The translations under genes were made by a program, and so were the position numbers. Of a stretch of 64,000 nt of DNA, positions 50,897 through 64,000 are shown in pieces; within the stretch, counting starts at the first letter, position 1; each line of letters opens with the position of its first letter. The DNA lies in contig CM082586.2 in the NCBI GenBank assembly GCA_040954595.2, forward strand, positions 1,679,124-1,743,123, written 5' to 3'. Under the pieces are notes generated by a model that had not been told where the DNA came from, made no database searches, and saw only the letters and a list, made by a program, of their open reading frames with translations. The DNA comes from Balanoglossus misakiensis. Lineage: Eukaryota > Animalia > Hemichordata.

Positions 50897-51300
50897 CTTC
50901 AAGCTGTCACCGTTATCGCTTGGACCGACTTATTCTGCCCGAAGACAAGTGAAGGAGTGGAACGAGCTACTTGAAATTTTCCTCCAAAATAGTAATTCGA
51001 GCCCCCTGCGCATGCCCAGTCGGTCAACGCGTAGAACCAGTAGTATAGGTCCCAATTTGTTATTAACTTTTCATTGGTTAATGATTAGTGACAATCCGCT
51101 TTACTCGCGTCACCGCGACACCTGAGTGTTACCGTGGTCGTCAATTTGACTTTGAAATGAAAACGACCACGGCAAGTTGGGTGGCAACCACCGATTCCAC
51201 GCACAACGTCCGCCACGTCATTTATACAAGTGTGTGAATTTCGACTTTCGTCTGAAATCTGACACTTCAGTGCGGGAAAGCCGGGAAGGCTCAAAAGTCA
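50897..51300 (-). promoter_or_regulatory. Candidate 5' UTR / core promoter of Osr
   Basis: CpG-rich sequence immediately upstream of the SNAG exon, with NRF1-like TGCGCATGC at 51007-51015. The TSS cannot be determined from sequence alone. Confidence 0.45.
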
Positions 51301-53847
51301 TTGTTCGCGTGAACTGGATCGTGTGGATATTATGAGGCAAAGGGGGAATGATTCCTGTTCATCTTTTTTCCCTGCAAAGTCAAACATAAATTCAGAACTG
51401 GTTGCTTCTCCGTGCCTGAGTGCACGATTGGGCAAGCACTCAGAAAGAGAGGAAGGGGATACGCATGGTTCACAGTTGTTCTGGTCCCATTTCCGGAAGA
51501 TTTCGAATTCTAACAAACAACAACACACCAGCCGTTTACACTTTTGTGTACATTAAATCTGGCTAGTTTCGATCAGTTATGACACATGATATTAACGGTT
51601 TGGCTAGCGTCCTTGGGGCCCGGTCGCTTCTGAAACCCGGGACCACTTTCACTCCGGGCTTTCACTTTGCTCTCACGTTACAATGTCGTGCTTCAGTCCA
51701 CGCGTCTCTTAGCGTGTGAATCCAGCCGTTGAAACAGCGGGCTGAGTCATCGCTGCGGCTGGGAGTCTTGCCTGCCCCCCTTGCGTACGTCCACTCCGGG
51801 TTACGCCCAGATACTGAACAGTGTTATACGACGCCCATGTCAACCCAGGGGGTATATTATATCAGTTTGAAATATTAAACTTTTTGATAAGTAGTTTTAC
51901 ACTTGTATTGAGGGAGTTATATTCTTACTATACCAGAACAACCGGTAGCAAAATCTTCGCAAGGAAAAAAAACTGACAAAATTTAATCATTTTATAGGTC
52001 TATGCGGAAGCGTCTAATTTAATTTCGTGTGTTCTCACGCTATCCATAATCGTTTTTCGTGACAAATACGAATTATTAGCCGGGGATGTGAAAGATGGGA
52101 CCAATTTGTTCGAGAAGACTAAAACAGTATTGAAAACGACACCCGCAACAACACAACTGGCCCCAAAATATGAATTATAGCACAAATTAAACAACTGAAA
52201 GTTTGGAAAATTACTTTCCACGTCGTTAAAAGTCTAAATGTCGTAACCCTTATTAGAAACATACGGTATAAAGTAATTTACTTTTAATTTGTCGATTTTA
52301 ACAGTGCGCGTCTGGCAACTTTCGCGTACAAACTATAACACCAGGAAGTAGCCAAAACAGTCATTTCATTGAAAATGTACAGTTCAGCTGTTGTAACCGT
52401 TTTAATCGTCTACTCAATGTCAGGGGTTTTGAAAGTGCATTTAGTTTCACCGAAAAACAACGAAAGAGAAGGATGTCCGTGTTTGTGTGAGGTCAGGCAT
52501 TTTAGATAAACAGATTTGTGTACGAAACCGCGTATTGAAGTGTTGCCTCGCGCGTTTGTCAACTCAAACTCAGCAGTATTTCCGTTTCATGTCGCCTTGG
52601 TAAAGTACAAGTCTCTTTTTACGCTTCCGAAGTGAGAAACAATGACCAGGGGATTCGGATGTCTATAGTCAGGTGAAAGTGTAATATTGCGATTTTTCGT
52701 TGTCAACGGGAAGCGCCATTTCCATGGCAACATCATCAACAGTCTGTCCCCAGTGCTTGATGGAAACCGGGTCGCCGGCAAAGTCACCCAGCGTCCCCGC
52801 TTAAAAGATTTATTTCACGCAAACCAACAAAAACACGCCCTTTGCAAGGACACTTGTATATAGAGGCGAGGGAGCGTGGACTTGCCAGCTTTCTCACTGT
52901 GCCGGGGAGGTGGGGGTATAAAGCGCGTCATGACTGTCCGAAAAGTCTGCGGTGGGAAGTGACGAAAGACCGTTAAAAGGCTGTCTGAGACCCTAAATCA
53001 ATTTATCGTTATTTACACCAGACCAGCTCAGTGTTTACCCAGGGAAAAACGACCACTGGGCGAAATACAAGAGCCTTATGGCAAAAGCGATGGTGCGCAA
53101 ACTTCAAAACTCTCAAACTCATGAATTACGTGGGGTCTATTTCACTTGAGACATGTACACTTTTGACCAAATGGTCTGACAATATTCCGATGGAAAAGAA
53201 AAACAAGGAATCCAATGTTGAGCATGCTTTTCGGGGTAGAACAGGGATTAAGTTGAGGCAAAGGCTATAAAAGCGGTTAAAATGTTATCGAAAGATACTG
53301 CTGAGTGATGTTTCTTATCTTGAACAGTTATTATAGTTGTAGTAAGAGTAACCTTAAGGCGTTAAAAACTGATAATTTATTGAAAGATTTTTGTGTTATT
53401 TTTGCGCCCTTTGCCGAGAACATCATGCGGCAAAAACCGCAGAATGCCGAGTTTTGTAATTGTGGGAACTCAAAAAGGTTATTTATCGCTTCCCCTTTTG
53501 CGATAATTATATCGCCGTGGCTGTTAAAATCATTAGCACTTTCTTTTCTTTTTATAAATATCAACCTCTAAGTACTTGAAATGTGATCTCGTGGACCGGT
53601 TTAGTCGTTGCCATGGTTTCGTGAGACAGACGCAAACTCCGGCGTAAAATATTACTGTTGGGCCTTTATGAACTCCGAGGCGCCGATTAAAAATAAACAA
53701 GCGATACTAACCAGCGTGTGAACAAAAACACGTCAGAATTATCAATTTACGTTTTGCGCGGACGAAGTCAAAAGAATTAGAATTTCTCCCAGTTGACTCA
53801 TAAGCTTTTGTTGGAAATTTGACAGTGGAAGTAAAGTGATTAGGCGG

Positions 53848-53860
53848 GGGTCAAAGGTCA
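53848..53860 (+). promoter_or_regulatory. Consensus DR1 nuclear-receptor element
   Basis: GGGTCA-A-AGGTCA, ~3 kb upstream of the predicted Osr first exon. Confidence 0.45.
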
Positions 53861-56800
53861 GCCGACTGGATGTGACTTGAGTGAACTGACCGAAATTGAA
53901 ATGGAGTATTGGGTAGCCACTTATAAGTTTGTAATGAAGACGTATTGATAGATGCTGAATCTTTGACAAAAACGTACAACTTGATGTATTTTGGTCGATA
54001 TGCTTGTTTTTATGGGAGTGGCATTTTCATCTGCGAAGAGAGAATTGGGTTCAATTACTCTTTGTCATTTTAAAGGAGTGAATTTGAGAGGGAGAGGGGA
54101 GAGAGGGGGGGAGCGGGGAGAGAGAAGACTGGGGCAGACATATTTATTATCCATCGCCAGGGAAGGAATAGACGGATGGATGGAGAGGAGAGACGGGGCA
54201 TGAAAATCCTAATATTCTTGCTTGCTACGACACGACAAAACAAGTTCCTTCTTTACACCAATTACAAACTGGGATACACGACTCGGAGGAATAACGACCA
54301 TATACTTGCAGACTGCACAGACTGACTGTAAAGATGGGTTCAGTTTTTATTGTCGGTTTGTTTATAGCAGAACCAAACATTGCCACTGTGTATGTGGCAA
54401 GGTTTTGAGCTAACTGCGACAGTAGTATTTAATGATCTTGTATTCATCCGAAGCTGAATTTCCATCATTACGTGCAATTAAACACACCAGACCTCTCTAT
54501 TAATTTATCATCGCTATTATGTCGCAAAAAGGTCTCTTCAACCGTTGGCAGGTGCATAGAGGGATGGTACGTTCAGTGGTTCAGTTTACTTGTACATAGG
54601 ATTCATTTACACCACTGGATTATTTTCCTAATTATCGTAGACTGCTTTGTCATTTGATTACAAATTGCTTTAACACATTTCCACTGTGTCGCTGGATCGT
54701 GTGTTTGTCAAGTCGCTTGTTGACGACCAGAGAAAGGACATTGCTCGTATTTATCATCGTAAATCTCGTTTTAAACAACGTCTGACAATAAGACATCGCC
54801 CGGGCTTGTATTACGCTGCCGAACTGTGGTGCATGCATGCACCTATCCGTCACTCGCACCGTCATCGTCACGGATTGCGGAACTTATGAGCCGAAATTTC
54901 CATCGAGATTCCGGCAACGCCCGATAAATAAAATGATGACGTCCGTAATGTGTCAAGTTGTCGCTGATGTCAACGTCTAGCAACTCCTGTTTAATCACGT
55001 TCAAGTTAATTTAATTAACCAAACCCTTTAAACCTGAAATAATTACAGTGTACAGACTTATAACGGTGTTATCTAAAAATCGCCTAGATAAACATTCCTG
55101 TCAATGTGAATGGCAGCTACGCGCTTTCAAATATCATAACCAAACACATTCCGATGAAAAAGTGTCCTCGCTATGTGAACAGTCTGTGGAAAGGATCATG
55201 CTTTTTCATATTCGTTAATAAATCATAATGATAATCTATTTAAGAAAAAGATTGATTGGTGAATTTAAAGGTACTAACAGTAACGGTAAATTCGGACGAT
55301 TTTCTTCGGTATTTACATTGACTGAATACATTATGATGACTATAGACAACGAATCTGAGTAACTCGATGTAAACTGTATCGTATCCTTGTTCACATCAAT
55401 AGGAGAATCCACTAGCCGCGTTTGTGGAGACCTTGTTTAAACTTTTAACCCTCGTACGGTTAGCCGAGTTGTTTACGTCGATTGTCGTCGATATTCCGTT
55501 CATCGCATCTGCGTTTAATTAAAGTTTTCGTTTGTGTTCGCGTAAGGCTCAAGAAAGTTCCGTGTGAGAAGCGAAGAAGAGTTTGATCGGGGAGGGATGT
55601 GGGAAAAATAATACGACTCGAGCTCGGGCCCCCTGTGAGACTCGTTCCCTAGAATAAAATGGGCAAGACATTTTTTTTATAAAGGAATAAACTGAGCAAT
55701 TAGACACTGATATGATTGCCACATTTGGGACCGTCTTCGCTTTCCCATGCATATAAGATGAAAACTTCTGTTAGGTGCTACATGTCATCGTTTCTGGCTG
55801 CCTCGTAAAACCCGGACCGACGAGTACGGTGGCAATCGACGATATTTCGATGGTATTGACACAAAATACCCCTGGAAATGCATGTTGTGGTCACGAAATC
55901 ATGACGACACATCCCGGGAATATGATGTTTATGAAGTTTGGCGGCTACATGCGGAATCACTCACGGCCGAAACGTCTGCATAAAAGTGTCAATGCTCGGA
56001 ATCAATCATCTGTTCGGCTTGTGTGTGCTTGATGATTCCCTTGATTTGAGATGTCCAAGATGTAATAATGTCTTGTATTTTTGTATATTAAATTAAGAAC
56101 AGAACGTGGGTAGTAGTGGTTGATAGGTTTCCAGTTATTCCAACGATTATCTAAACATCAGATGCTGGGATAATGCCAAATACGGGAGAACGGTACACTT
56201 TTATAATAACAATTCAAGTTGAAACCTTTCTTGGGCCCCTACATTTTGGCACAAACAAGCAAACTTTTTGTGATCTTGGAAAGTTAATCTCTGATGTTCG
56301 TTCTCGTTAAGTTAAAAATTGGTATCATTAGAGAAGTTATTTACTTTTCAATACTTCTTGAAACTCATGGTTTCGTTTCTTGGCCATTGCTTGCTTACGG
56401 GAGAAATTCAGGGCAAATATTGAATAATTCAACAACATATTTTCTTCATGTACAGTTATATTGTCACTAGCCACTCTTAACGGTATTGTGTGACGTCACA
56501 ACCTCGATTTTGGTTTACGTGCCAGGTAATTTCGTGTGGAATTTCAAATGAAGAAACATGAAAATATCTTGACTATGAACATTAGTCAAAACACAATACA
56601 ATCAAAATAATAAAGAAAATGCCATATAAACAACTCCAATATAGCTCAAATCCCCTTTAGAAAGATGAACTTTGACCTATATTTCCACTTCTCGTTCCTG
56701 TATGTGACGGAACTGCGTACAGCCACCCTATTTTCGCTCAAGACGAAATCAAAGTTTTAGACCCCTAGTTTCAATCCTCCCAATCCTCATCAATGCTCTC

Positions 56801-59800
56801 AAATCTGGGGACACGTCCGCCCTGGTTTCCATCATTTTATTTGAATCCGAATCCCGACCTATCTTTTGTAATAAATTATCTTTCTAGTACCCCAGTCTTG
56901 CCGAGTGTGTGTAATGCCACACTTTGTAAAGAGATTCCGATTGCAACGGATGAGTAGAAAAACATGCATCCAACTTGTGTGTTCCAATCCAGTGCAAATG
57001 TTATATGGTCGTCTTCTATGACCTTTTGTGCGACTAGTTCGCCCCGGGCCACCATAACAGAGCTATTTTTGAAAACAGAAAAAAAAATCTCGTTGCCGTG
57101 TCGAATCCCCCTCGAGCTTGTTAATTATTATGTTATCTAGGTGCAAACGAGCTGGTAATCGGTGTTATCTGGCGGAGGTGGGTGGTAGTGGGAGGGTGAG
57201 GGGGGAGCGTGCGCGTCCAGATAAGACCCTCAAAAGTTTGCTTCTGTTGAAGGAGCGGAAGTGAGTCCGATAAGACATAATCCGGGTTTCAGTTTAGACA
57301 CAGGAGGAGGTTACGAAACAGGAAACTTATTTCATTCGCGGAAGTCAATTGAAAAAATTACAATTAAAGAAAAGCGCATCATGTCATATTCCGACAACAG
57401 CAATAACTCAGTCGAAACGTCATTTCGTGATCTTTTTTATTTGACTGTGAGAGCGCCATAAAGTTTTTTTTTGCCGAAAGCTGACTTCAGGGTAAAATGT
57501 ACAGAACATATGTTTTCTCTACACAGCTCATCATATGCTTGTTAGGGAAAAAACACGATATAAAAATTTCAGAGGAATGTGGTCGGGCAAATCGGACGCC
57601 ATAACTCTTGACTGACACGGTGACATATTGACAATCCCCACGTGGCGAGTGGCCTGGAAGACTGGCTTTGAAATCACGATTTCTAATCAAGAGATGTTTG
57701 GCAAATAGAATGTAATGTGGATTTCCCCCGCTAAAACAAGCAAGGTTACCATACTGCTACACGAGTCTGCGCCCTTATCTCCCGTTGCTATCAGTAGCAC
57801 AGTCCCGTAGTCCGGGTCGCTTTGTTTACCAACAGACCCTTTCAGAAATTTTCCCACATTTTCTGCATACCTTGTGTAAACTCCAATTTTCATTTGAATA
57901 ATATCACAATAATATATATCCCATAGTTTCATGGTTTTGTTTGCTTTTGTTTGTATTGTTAATGTAACCACGCATCATCTCTTGCATGCTTGCTAATTGT
58001 CATCGTCACTCTACTACGCATGACAGTTACACATAGCTAGGTACAGCGTCATTACCTGCAGATCAAATACTAGTAATAGAGATTTGGATTATTGAGAAGC
58101 CATTGTCTAGATTAAGTTTTGTTACGTGAAATATCCGCAATTTATCTCAGCTAAGTGACTGTGTTCACTCGAAACAAAATAACCCGTTCCATTAGCACAG
58201 AATCGACGCGCCCCTTCAATTGGTCTTTTGAACTTGATCGCGACACTCCGTCAGGTTGTCGCGCCAAGTCCGCCAAATGACGTCACTGTGGTCAGAGTCA
58301 TAAAACCCCAGTCAAATCAGAGTTCAATTAAGCACCACTTAAGAAAAACCACAGAGAGAAAGAGCCACCCACGCGGAGACAATTTGGAGATGGACGTGTG
58401 ACGTCAGAGCCTTGTCAATGATCTTCGCACCTGGTGTCCATCATGATTGTCGTGGAGATAGAACTGAACACAAAAGAAACCCTTCCTCGTCGAAACCGTT
58501 ATGATTCCAGGGACGGGCAGTGTTTGATAACTGTAACCTGTAAACCCCCCACGGTTACAATTTTGTTATTTTGAAATTGTTGCGTGATGTTTGTAATTAG
58601 GTTGAGTTCTTGCGGAGTAATCCTAGATGATTTGACATTTCCCATTCGGTTTAACCCCATATTTATTTACGGCCTTCGAACGACCAGAGCAAAGAAGACG
58701 GAACGTCTTACTGTCTGGTCAAAAATGCCCAATATTCCATGCTTAATACTAGCAACGATACAGGAACTGATATTTTGGCACTGAGTCAGGTACATGGCCT
58801 CCACTGCCTAGTAAACAGTTCAGACGATCTCTCTTGACACAGTATCTTACACTTTCCCTGGAATATGAACATGCAGCTTCCGCTTATAGAAAGCTAGTCA
58901 GGAAATCTAGAATTGCAATAATTACAAAGCCAACTTCTAAGGATCTTTTTTAATCCCAACTTTTTAAAAATATTGTTTTTAACAACGATCTTGCCACGTT
59001 TTCCTGATACATTTGCTTCGATATCGATGTGAAGGGAAGGAAATCTGCGGCCGTCGCTGCAGTGGTTTTTAGGGCAGTATTAAACCTTTTCGGGACTGGG
59101 CTCAAGTTGACCCCGGTGCGTGCGGGTCAGTCCGAATTTAATTCAAACCAGGGGTCAGAAAATCTCGCCAGACCACTCTGCGTTGGTATTTTGTACAGAA
59201 ACTCTGAAAACCTGTGAAGTTTCGATGACACGGTGGGTTTACTGGCCAGAAGCTGTGTGTGTATGTATTCGTTCCGCTCGGTGGGTGTCCGGTCAGTATC
59301 ACACCATTTGGACAATTGATATCGACGCAATGTAGCGGGGGTGAGTTAACTAGAAATTGTGAAAATACCGAGAAAAAGGGGTCTGTTTTGTTTACGGTGA
59401 GGGGTATTGAAAAGAAGTAGTGTTTTTAAAGGCAATAAAGTCAGATAATGGACTCAACGGCCATTGGGAATTGATCATGCATGAAATGAAGCCAGCGAAA
59501 CGGTTGGCTACCAGGGCGCTACTAAATACCATATTGTTGGTTTTTAGGACGGGACTGTGATATGTCACACGGCTTTGAAGGAGCACGTAGCGGGCGGGCG
59601 GCAACAACGACGTAAACAATGCGGGGAGAAGGTACGACAAGGGCGTGGGTGGTGTCACACGCACGTGCCATATTCCAGGTGAAACTGTCACGGCCGTGCG
59701 CGCACCGACGCGACGTCGCGGTGAAATTCGCAGCTCACCGCGACGGACGCAAAAACGCGTTAGTCATGTCGAAGGAATGCCGGTGAAAATTAAGACCAAA

Positions 59801-62800
59801 ACCGCTGCCCCAATGCAGTGGCCAGTTTCTTGTGTCTCTAGCTGTGCACGGTTTCATACATTTCTTTCCCGAATATCCCCCGAATCTTATTAACATCTTA
59901 TAACCTTCTTCTGATTTGCCCCGTCAGGCCACATCTGGATCTTGTCAACGTCCATCGGCACGTTCCCTTGCCTTGAAGTGCTATCATACAGGAATAAATG
60001 CATAAATGTCATTATTAATGCTTGATTTATTGGCAGTTTTAATGTTTGGCCGACGGATTCGCAAACTGGGCAGGGTTTTCTCACCGCGGAGACGAGATCG
60101 GGTCCGGATGAATGACATGGGAACGGCTGACGATCGGCGAGACGGGAGAGCGTTGAGAAGCATTGGCACAAATGCACGTCGGATTGAATCATAGGCAGAA
60201 TGCGGGCTGTCGGAATGGTAGATTAGGGTTCGGGTTGTCGTGCGATGATGCTGAGATAACACGAGATGGTGTATAGGGGGACGGGTGTCCAAAAACCGAA
60301 CAATCTTGTAGTATGAGCGGATTCGGGGTTGTATGGGTAGGCGAAATGTAAAGCAGTATGACACAAAATGGGACGAGGGTGAGGACTTGCAATTTGGACA
60401 GCGGGGTTTGAGGGATGACCACACGGGACTTTCCATGGGTGGTGTAAGAGGGGGTGAACGTTCAAGTTGAAATTGTCAGCAAGATGACGTCATGTGAATT
60501 CGAATGATGTGATGTGTCTCAAGTGATCACATAGATCTGAAGGGAACAGAATTTTTTATTAAAAAATGAGCAAACATTTTTGTCAAGAGTGTCAAAGGCC
60601 AAAATATAATATGGAGGTTAAAGGTATGGGAAACAATTAATGGTCATAACTGGGTCTAAGTACCCTGAAAATCAATCACAGGCGGCTAAGAGTCGGCTTT
60701 GGCAGGGACCCGAGGAAATTCTGAAATGTTGGAATGTAATATCCCTTCTATGGTAAAAATGACGTGACCAGGAGACACCGCCAGTTTGGTCAGGATCCTT
60801 CCGTGCCAAAAATTAAACAACGCGGCCCTATCGACAAACTCGCAAACGCCAGGGAACTCGGCTTCTTCAAATGGGTTTCCAACTCCGCAAACATTAGCCT
60901 AGTGGCGGCTATTTAGACGGATTTATTATTCAGACACGCAATGAAAGTGGCTTTAGGACAACATGTTTTCAACCTGCATTGTTATTTAAGAAAATAACTC
61001 CGGCGAAGAAACGCTACCGTGGCGCAGGTGATCCTCACCGCACCGAATTGGACAGTTCTGTTTAGATTTCTGACATTTTAAACCACTATCTCGTTTTTAT
61101 CTAATCATTCTGATCTATAATCTAATGGGCATAATCTCCAGAGTCTCACAACTCTCCCGAGTTCTCCCACTTTTCGTTTTGGAAAACGTGCTCGTAGTTA
61201 TAACCTCTGTTTGTCTGTCAATATGGACTCAGTCAACACGGCGTGTTTTCATGTCGCTTTCGTTTCGTTGTCTCCAAGAATTGGATTATCCTATTCGAGC
61301 AAGCACCACCTGTAAACAGTCAACCTTAATTATTCCTTTGTTTCTTGTCTACTTTTGTATTTTATATCTTTTCTTCTTTTCTTTCGAGAGAGTTGCGAAA
61401 GAGACCGGAATCCCCAAACACTTTCTACTGTGTTTTGCCGACTGTTGGTTTAGCCGCGGCTTTGTGGTGGAATTCGGCCGCCGACTTGGTGATCGCTGCC
61501 GCAGACACTTCATCGAGTGTATCGCTATGTGCGCGCTCGTCGTGATCCGCGATTACAAGGTGTGCAGAATCCGGCCGGAGACTTCGCGGTTGCCATGGAA
61601 AGAATTCGCGCCTTTGGGAGGAACGAAACCTTTACCAGCAAGATGGAAATACTGAAAGTGAATAAATTGCACAATATTCGACATGTATACGCAGTGGGTA
61701 TTTCATGGCGAGTCAAATTGTTGTGTCACGTTTCTCGCTGTCGGAATTTTCAGAGCATGGCAGTAAGACGAGATTTAAACTTGTGGTTTTCAAAACGAAG
61801 TCTTCAAAAGCAAGACACTAACACTGTTCATTTTTTTAATTTATGAAAATATGGCAACTTTTGACATTAAAACTTTTGAGAACTTGTATGGTCCGACTTT
61901 GAGTGCCGCACTACATTCGCCAGTGGCACAGTTTGTCATGCATGTTCCGTCCACAGTTTACTGCGCATCGTGCCACCTCGTGCGACTCGCTAGGCTGTAT
62001 ACTTCGTCATTTATATTTCAGCATTTCTGTCAATCTGGAATAAATTTTATTCCTGAACGAGAAAAGCGTCAGATAAATTTATCAGTTCAGTCTTTTCTGT
62101 CCGTTAACCGGGGCTGAGGGTCAGACGGCGCAGTCTGTATGTGTTTACGGAATGAACGTTCAACTGACCCAGCCACGCTAACGGGTGAATTGTTAGCGTT
62201 CCATTGGCGTGACAATATGATATAATTGATAACAATTATGTCTTCAAAGACTGGAAGAAGATAAACGATAGTTTGATCAACTTGGCAGCCACAGTTCGCG
62301 AAGAAAGTAGCAACCAACCTGAGTCTGACTGGCGAAACTCGAACTGCGACCGTCGAGGGGCGCGATGGGGCCGATATCCGAACTCCAAAAGCACCGATGG
62401 TTTGCAAAACACTCGAAAACGCGAGATATCGAAGCCGAAACTCAAAGGGTTCGGTGTCGCGGAAAGAGAATTACCTTAATTTGGGACTTGAGAGAATTCT
62501 GATAGCAGACCATTACGGCAGATAACGCAACCTAGCAATCGCCGACAGTTTTCTAAACACGGGTACGTCGGCTCTTGCAACCGTGCAGCCGGTGAATTTT
62601 ATTACACTGCCCAAAGATCCCCGAAGAACCGCCAACCAAAAATAAACCACGATACTAGATATAACTGAAGTGGCTGTCGGCAGAGCAAAATCAGAAAAAA
62701 GTATCTGCTATCAGGGCGTTTATAAGTAGATCATGTCGTTCATTTGGCCGTCCAGCGGAGCTACCGTCGCAGTGAGCGTCGACGGTGCGGTCAACCTTTC

Positions 62801-64000
62801 ACATGTTTGCGTACAGTGGAATTCAAATTGATCGATAATTTCGACCAGGCGAGCCTAGGGATAGCCAACGAAATGCATAAACGACGACAAGATTTTTAAG
62901 GATTGCTTGGTCCAGAAAAACTCCACAAAATTTCCTCTCAACGTAATACAGACGGCCAGGCAGTGAGTGAACTGTGTCTGATGGTCTGCTTCTGTGTGCG
63001 TGAAAACGAAGCGCTTGAACGAAACCAGCGTATGTCGCGTCAAATACCCACGAATTTGTGCTACTCTGTTCAGTTTGGGATGATGATCATATTAATTATT
63101 TTTAATAAAATATTGAACAAGACCGAAATTGACAAGATTTATTTCAAAACTTGAAAATCACAGCTGTTACCTGATGGAAATGGTTTTCAAGTTCATTCCG
63201 TTTATTCGTCTAACCTGCAATAATGGATGATTTCAAAATGTTGTTCTGTCTTTTGACCAGATTTTTGACCGATTTCTAAGCGTGCATCAGACAAGGAGCA
63301 GAATAACTTAGCGATAGGAAAATATGTCTAAAAGACAGGAGAGATCAAATATTTTGATTTTTCTGTGCTTATAAGGCAATCGATTCTGCCTGGACCAGCA
63401 AGGGTGACAATCAGACCTATTATGCAAATCGGATCTTATCATATTGACCAATCGAATTCAATAACACTTTACCGACCAATCGTACCACTGTATGATTGAC
63501 AGGTTGCAATGCAAGCGACCTCGGACGCTAGTGAAGATGACGAAATTTCCCGAAAAGTGGCCACGCAGCTCATGTTTCTTCATCAACTTTTATATCCGTT
63601 TTTTCTCAAGAACGAATACGGAATTGATGAGATATCTAGACTCTCTTTGTGCGTACAGCGAAATTGGAAGGGAGGAAAAACCGGACTTACATTCAACTTA
63701 AAATTCGTGATCGCAAATGGTGAATTTTCTGAAAGGGGAATGTTGTGCCGAAACGGAACACTGAAATACACAGCGTCCCCAGACCTTCACAAACATGAAG
63801 GGACCATTTATTATGTCGAAAAGAAACGAACTTGGGATCTTTTCTCAAGCGCAGTTTCATCGCAAACTAACACTCGTGTGAACGGGAACCAGATCGCGCT
63901 GGTAATTTCCGTTATTAATAAATGCCTAGTTTTATAGCTACATAGGAGTCGTGCGTTTATGAACGCCAAGCACGATAAACTCGATTACAGGTTATTCCGA

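Noticed and set aside
59984-60465. 150-aa minus-strand ORF (MESPVW...) preceded in frame by ERSPPLTPP, reminiscent of the Osr TPPLTP motif; considered as an upstream exon or Osr paralogue remnant
   Set aside because: An in-frame stop lies just upstream, I found no convincing splice sites, and there is no domain or further similarity to Osr. The C-rich strand composition explains the Pro-rich reading.
61125-61655. 176-aa plus-strand ORF and overlapping ORFs
   Set aside because: No recognisable domain or splice structure; low-complexity T-rich then GC-rich composition; likely non-coding.

Overview
Eukaryotic (metazoan) genomic DNA with GT-AG introns. A non-vertebrate deuterostome-like invertebrate is my inference from the protein similarities; the taxon is not determined. 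The first ~21 kb is gene-dense. It holds the 5' part of RPN2 (- strand, 8 exons in the window), head-to-head across ~490 bp with a complete 43-coding-exon SMCHD1 orthologue (+ strand, ~2048 aa in only 12.3 kb). A 4-exon CRAL-TRIO gene (TTPAL/clavesin-like, + strand) follows. The remaining ~40 kb belongs to one odd-skipped-related (Osr) five-zinc-finger gene on the - strand and its regulatory landscape. Main result: the Osr body exon (27019-27658) opens with a phase-1 splice acceptor and has no ATG near its 5' end. A 67-nt exon 23 kb upstream (50830-50896, missed by the ORF track) encodes MPRAFLVKQEKVGSKSPELHRT, a canonical N-terminal SNAG motif, and ends in a phase-1 CAG|GTAGGT donor. The splice gives an uninterrupted 328-aa SNAG + eh1 + 5xC2H2 Osr protein, a domain combination I do not know from vertebrate OSR1/2 or fly odd/sob/bowl/drm. 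Also present are two families of TTAA-flanked miniature DNA transposons, microsatellites, and candidate CTCF, YY1 and nuclear-receptor sites. All exon models were read by eye from splice signals and frame continuity. Reference-protein comparisons are from memory, and no transcript evidence or database search was available.
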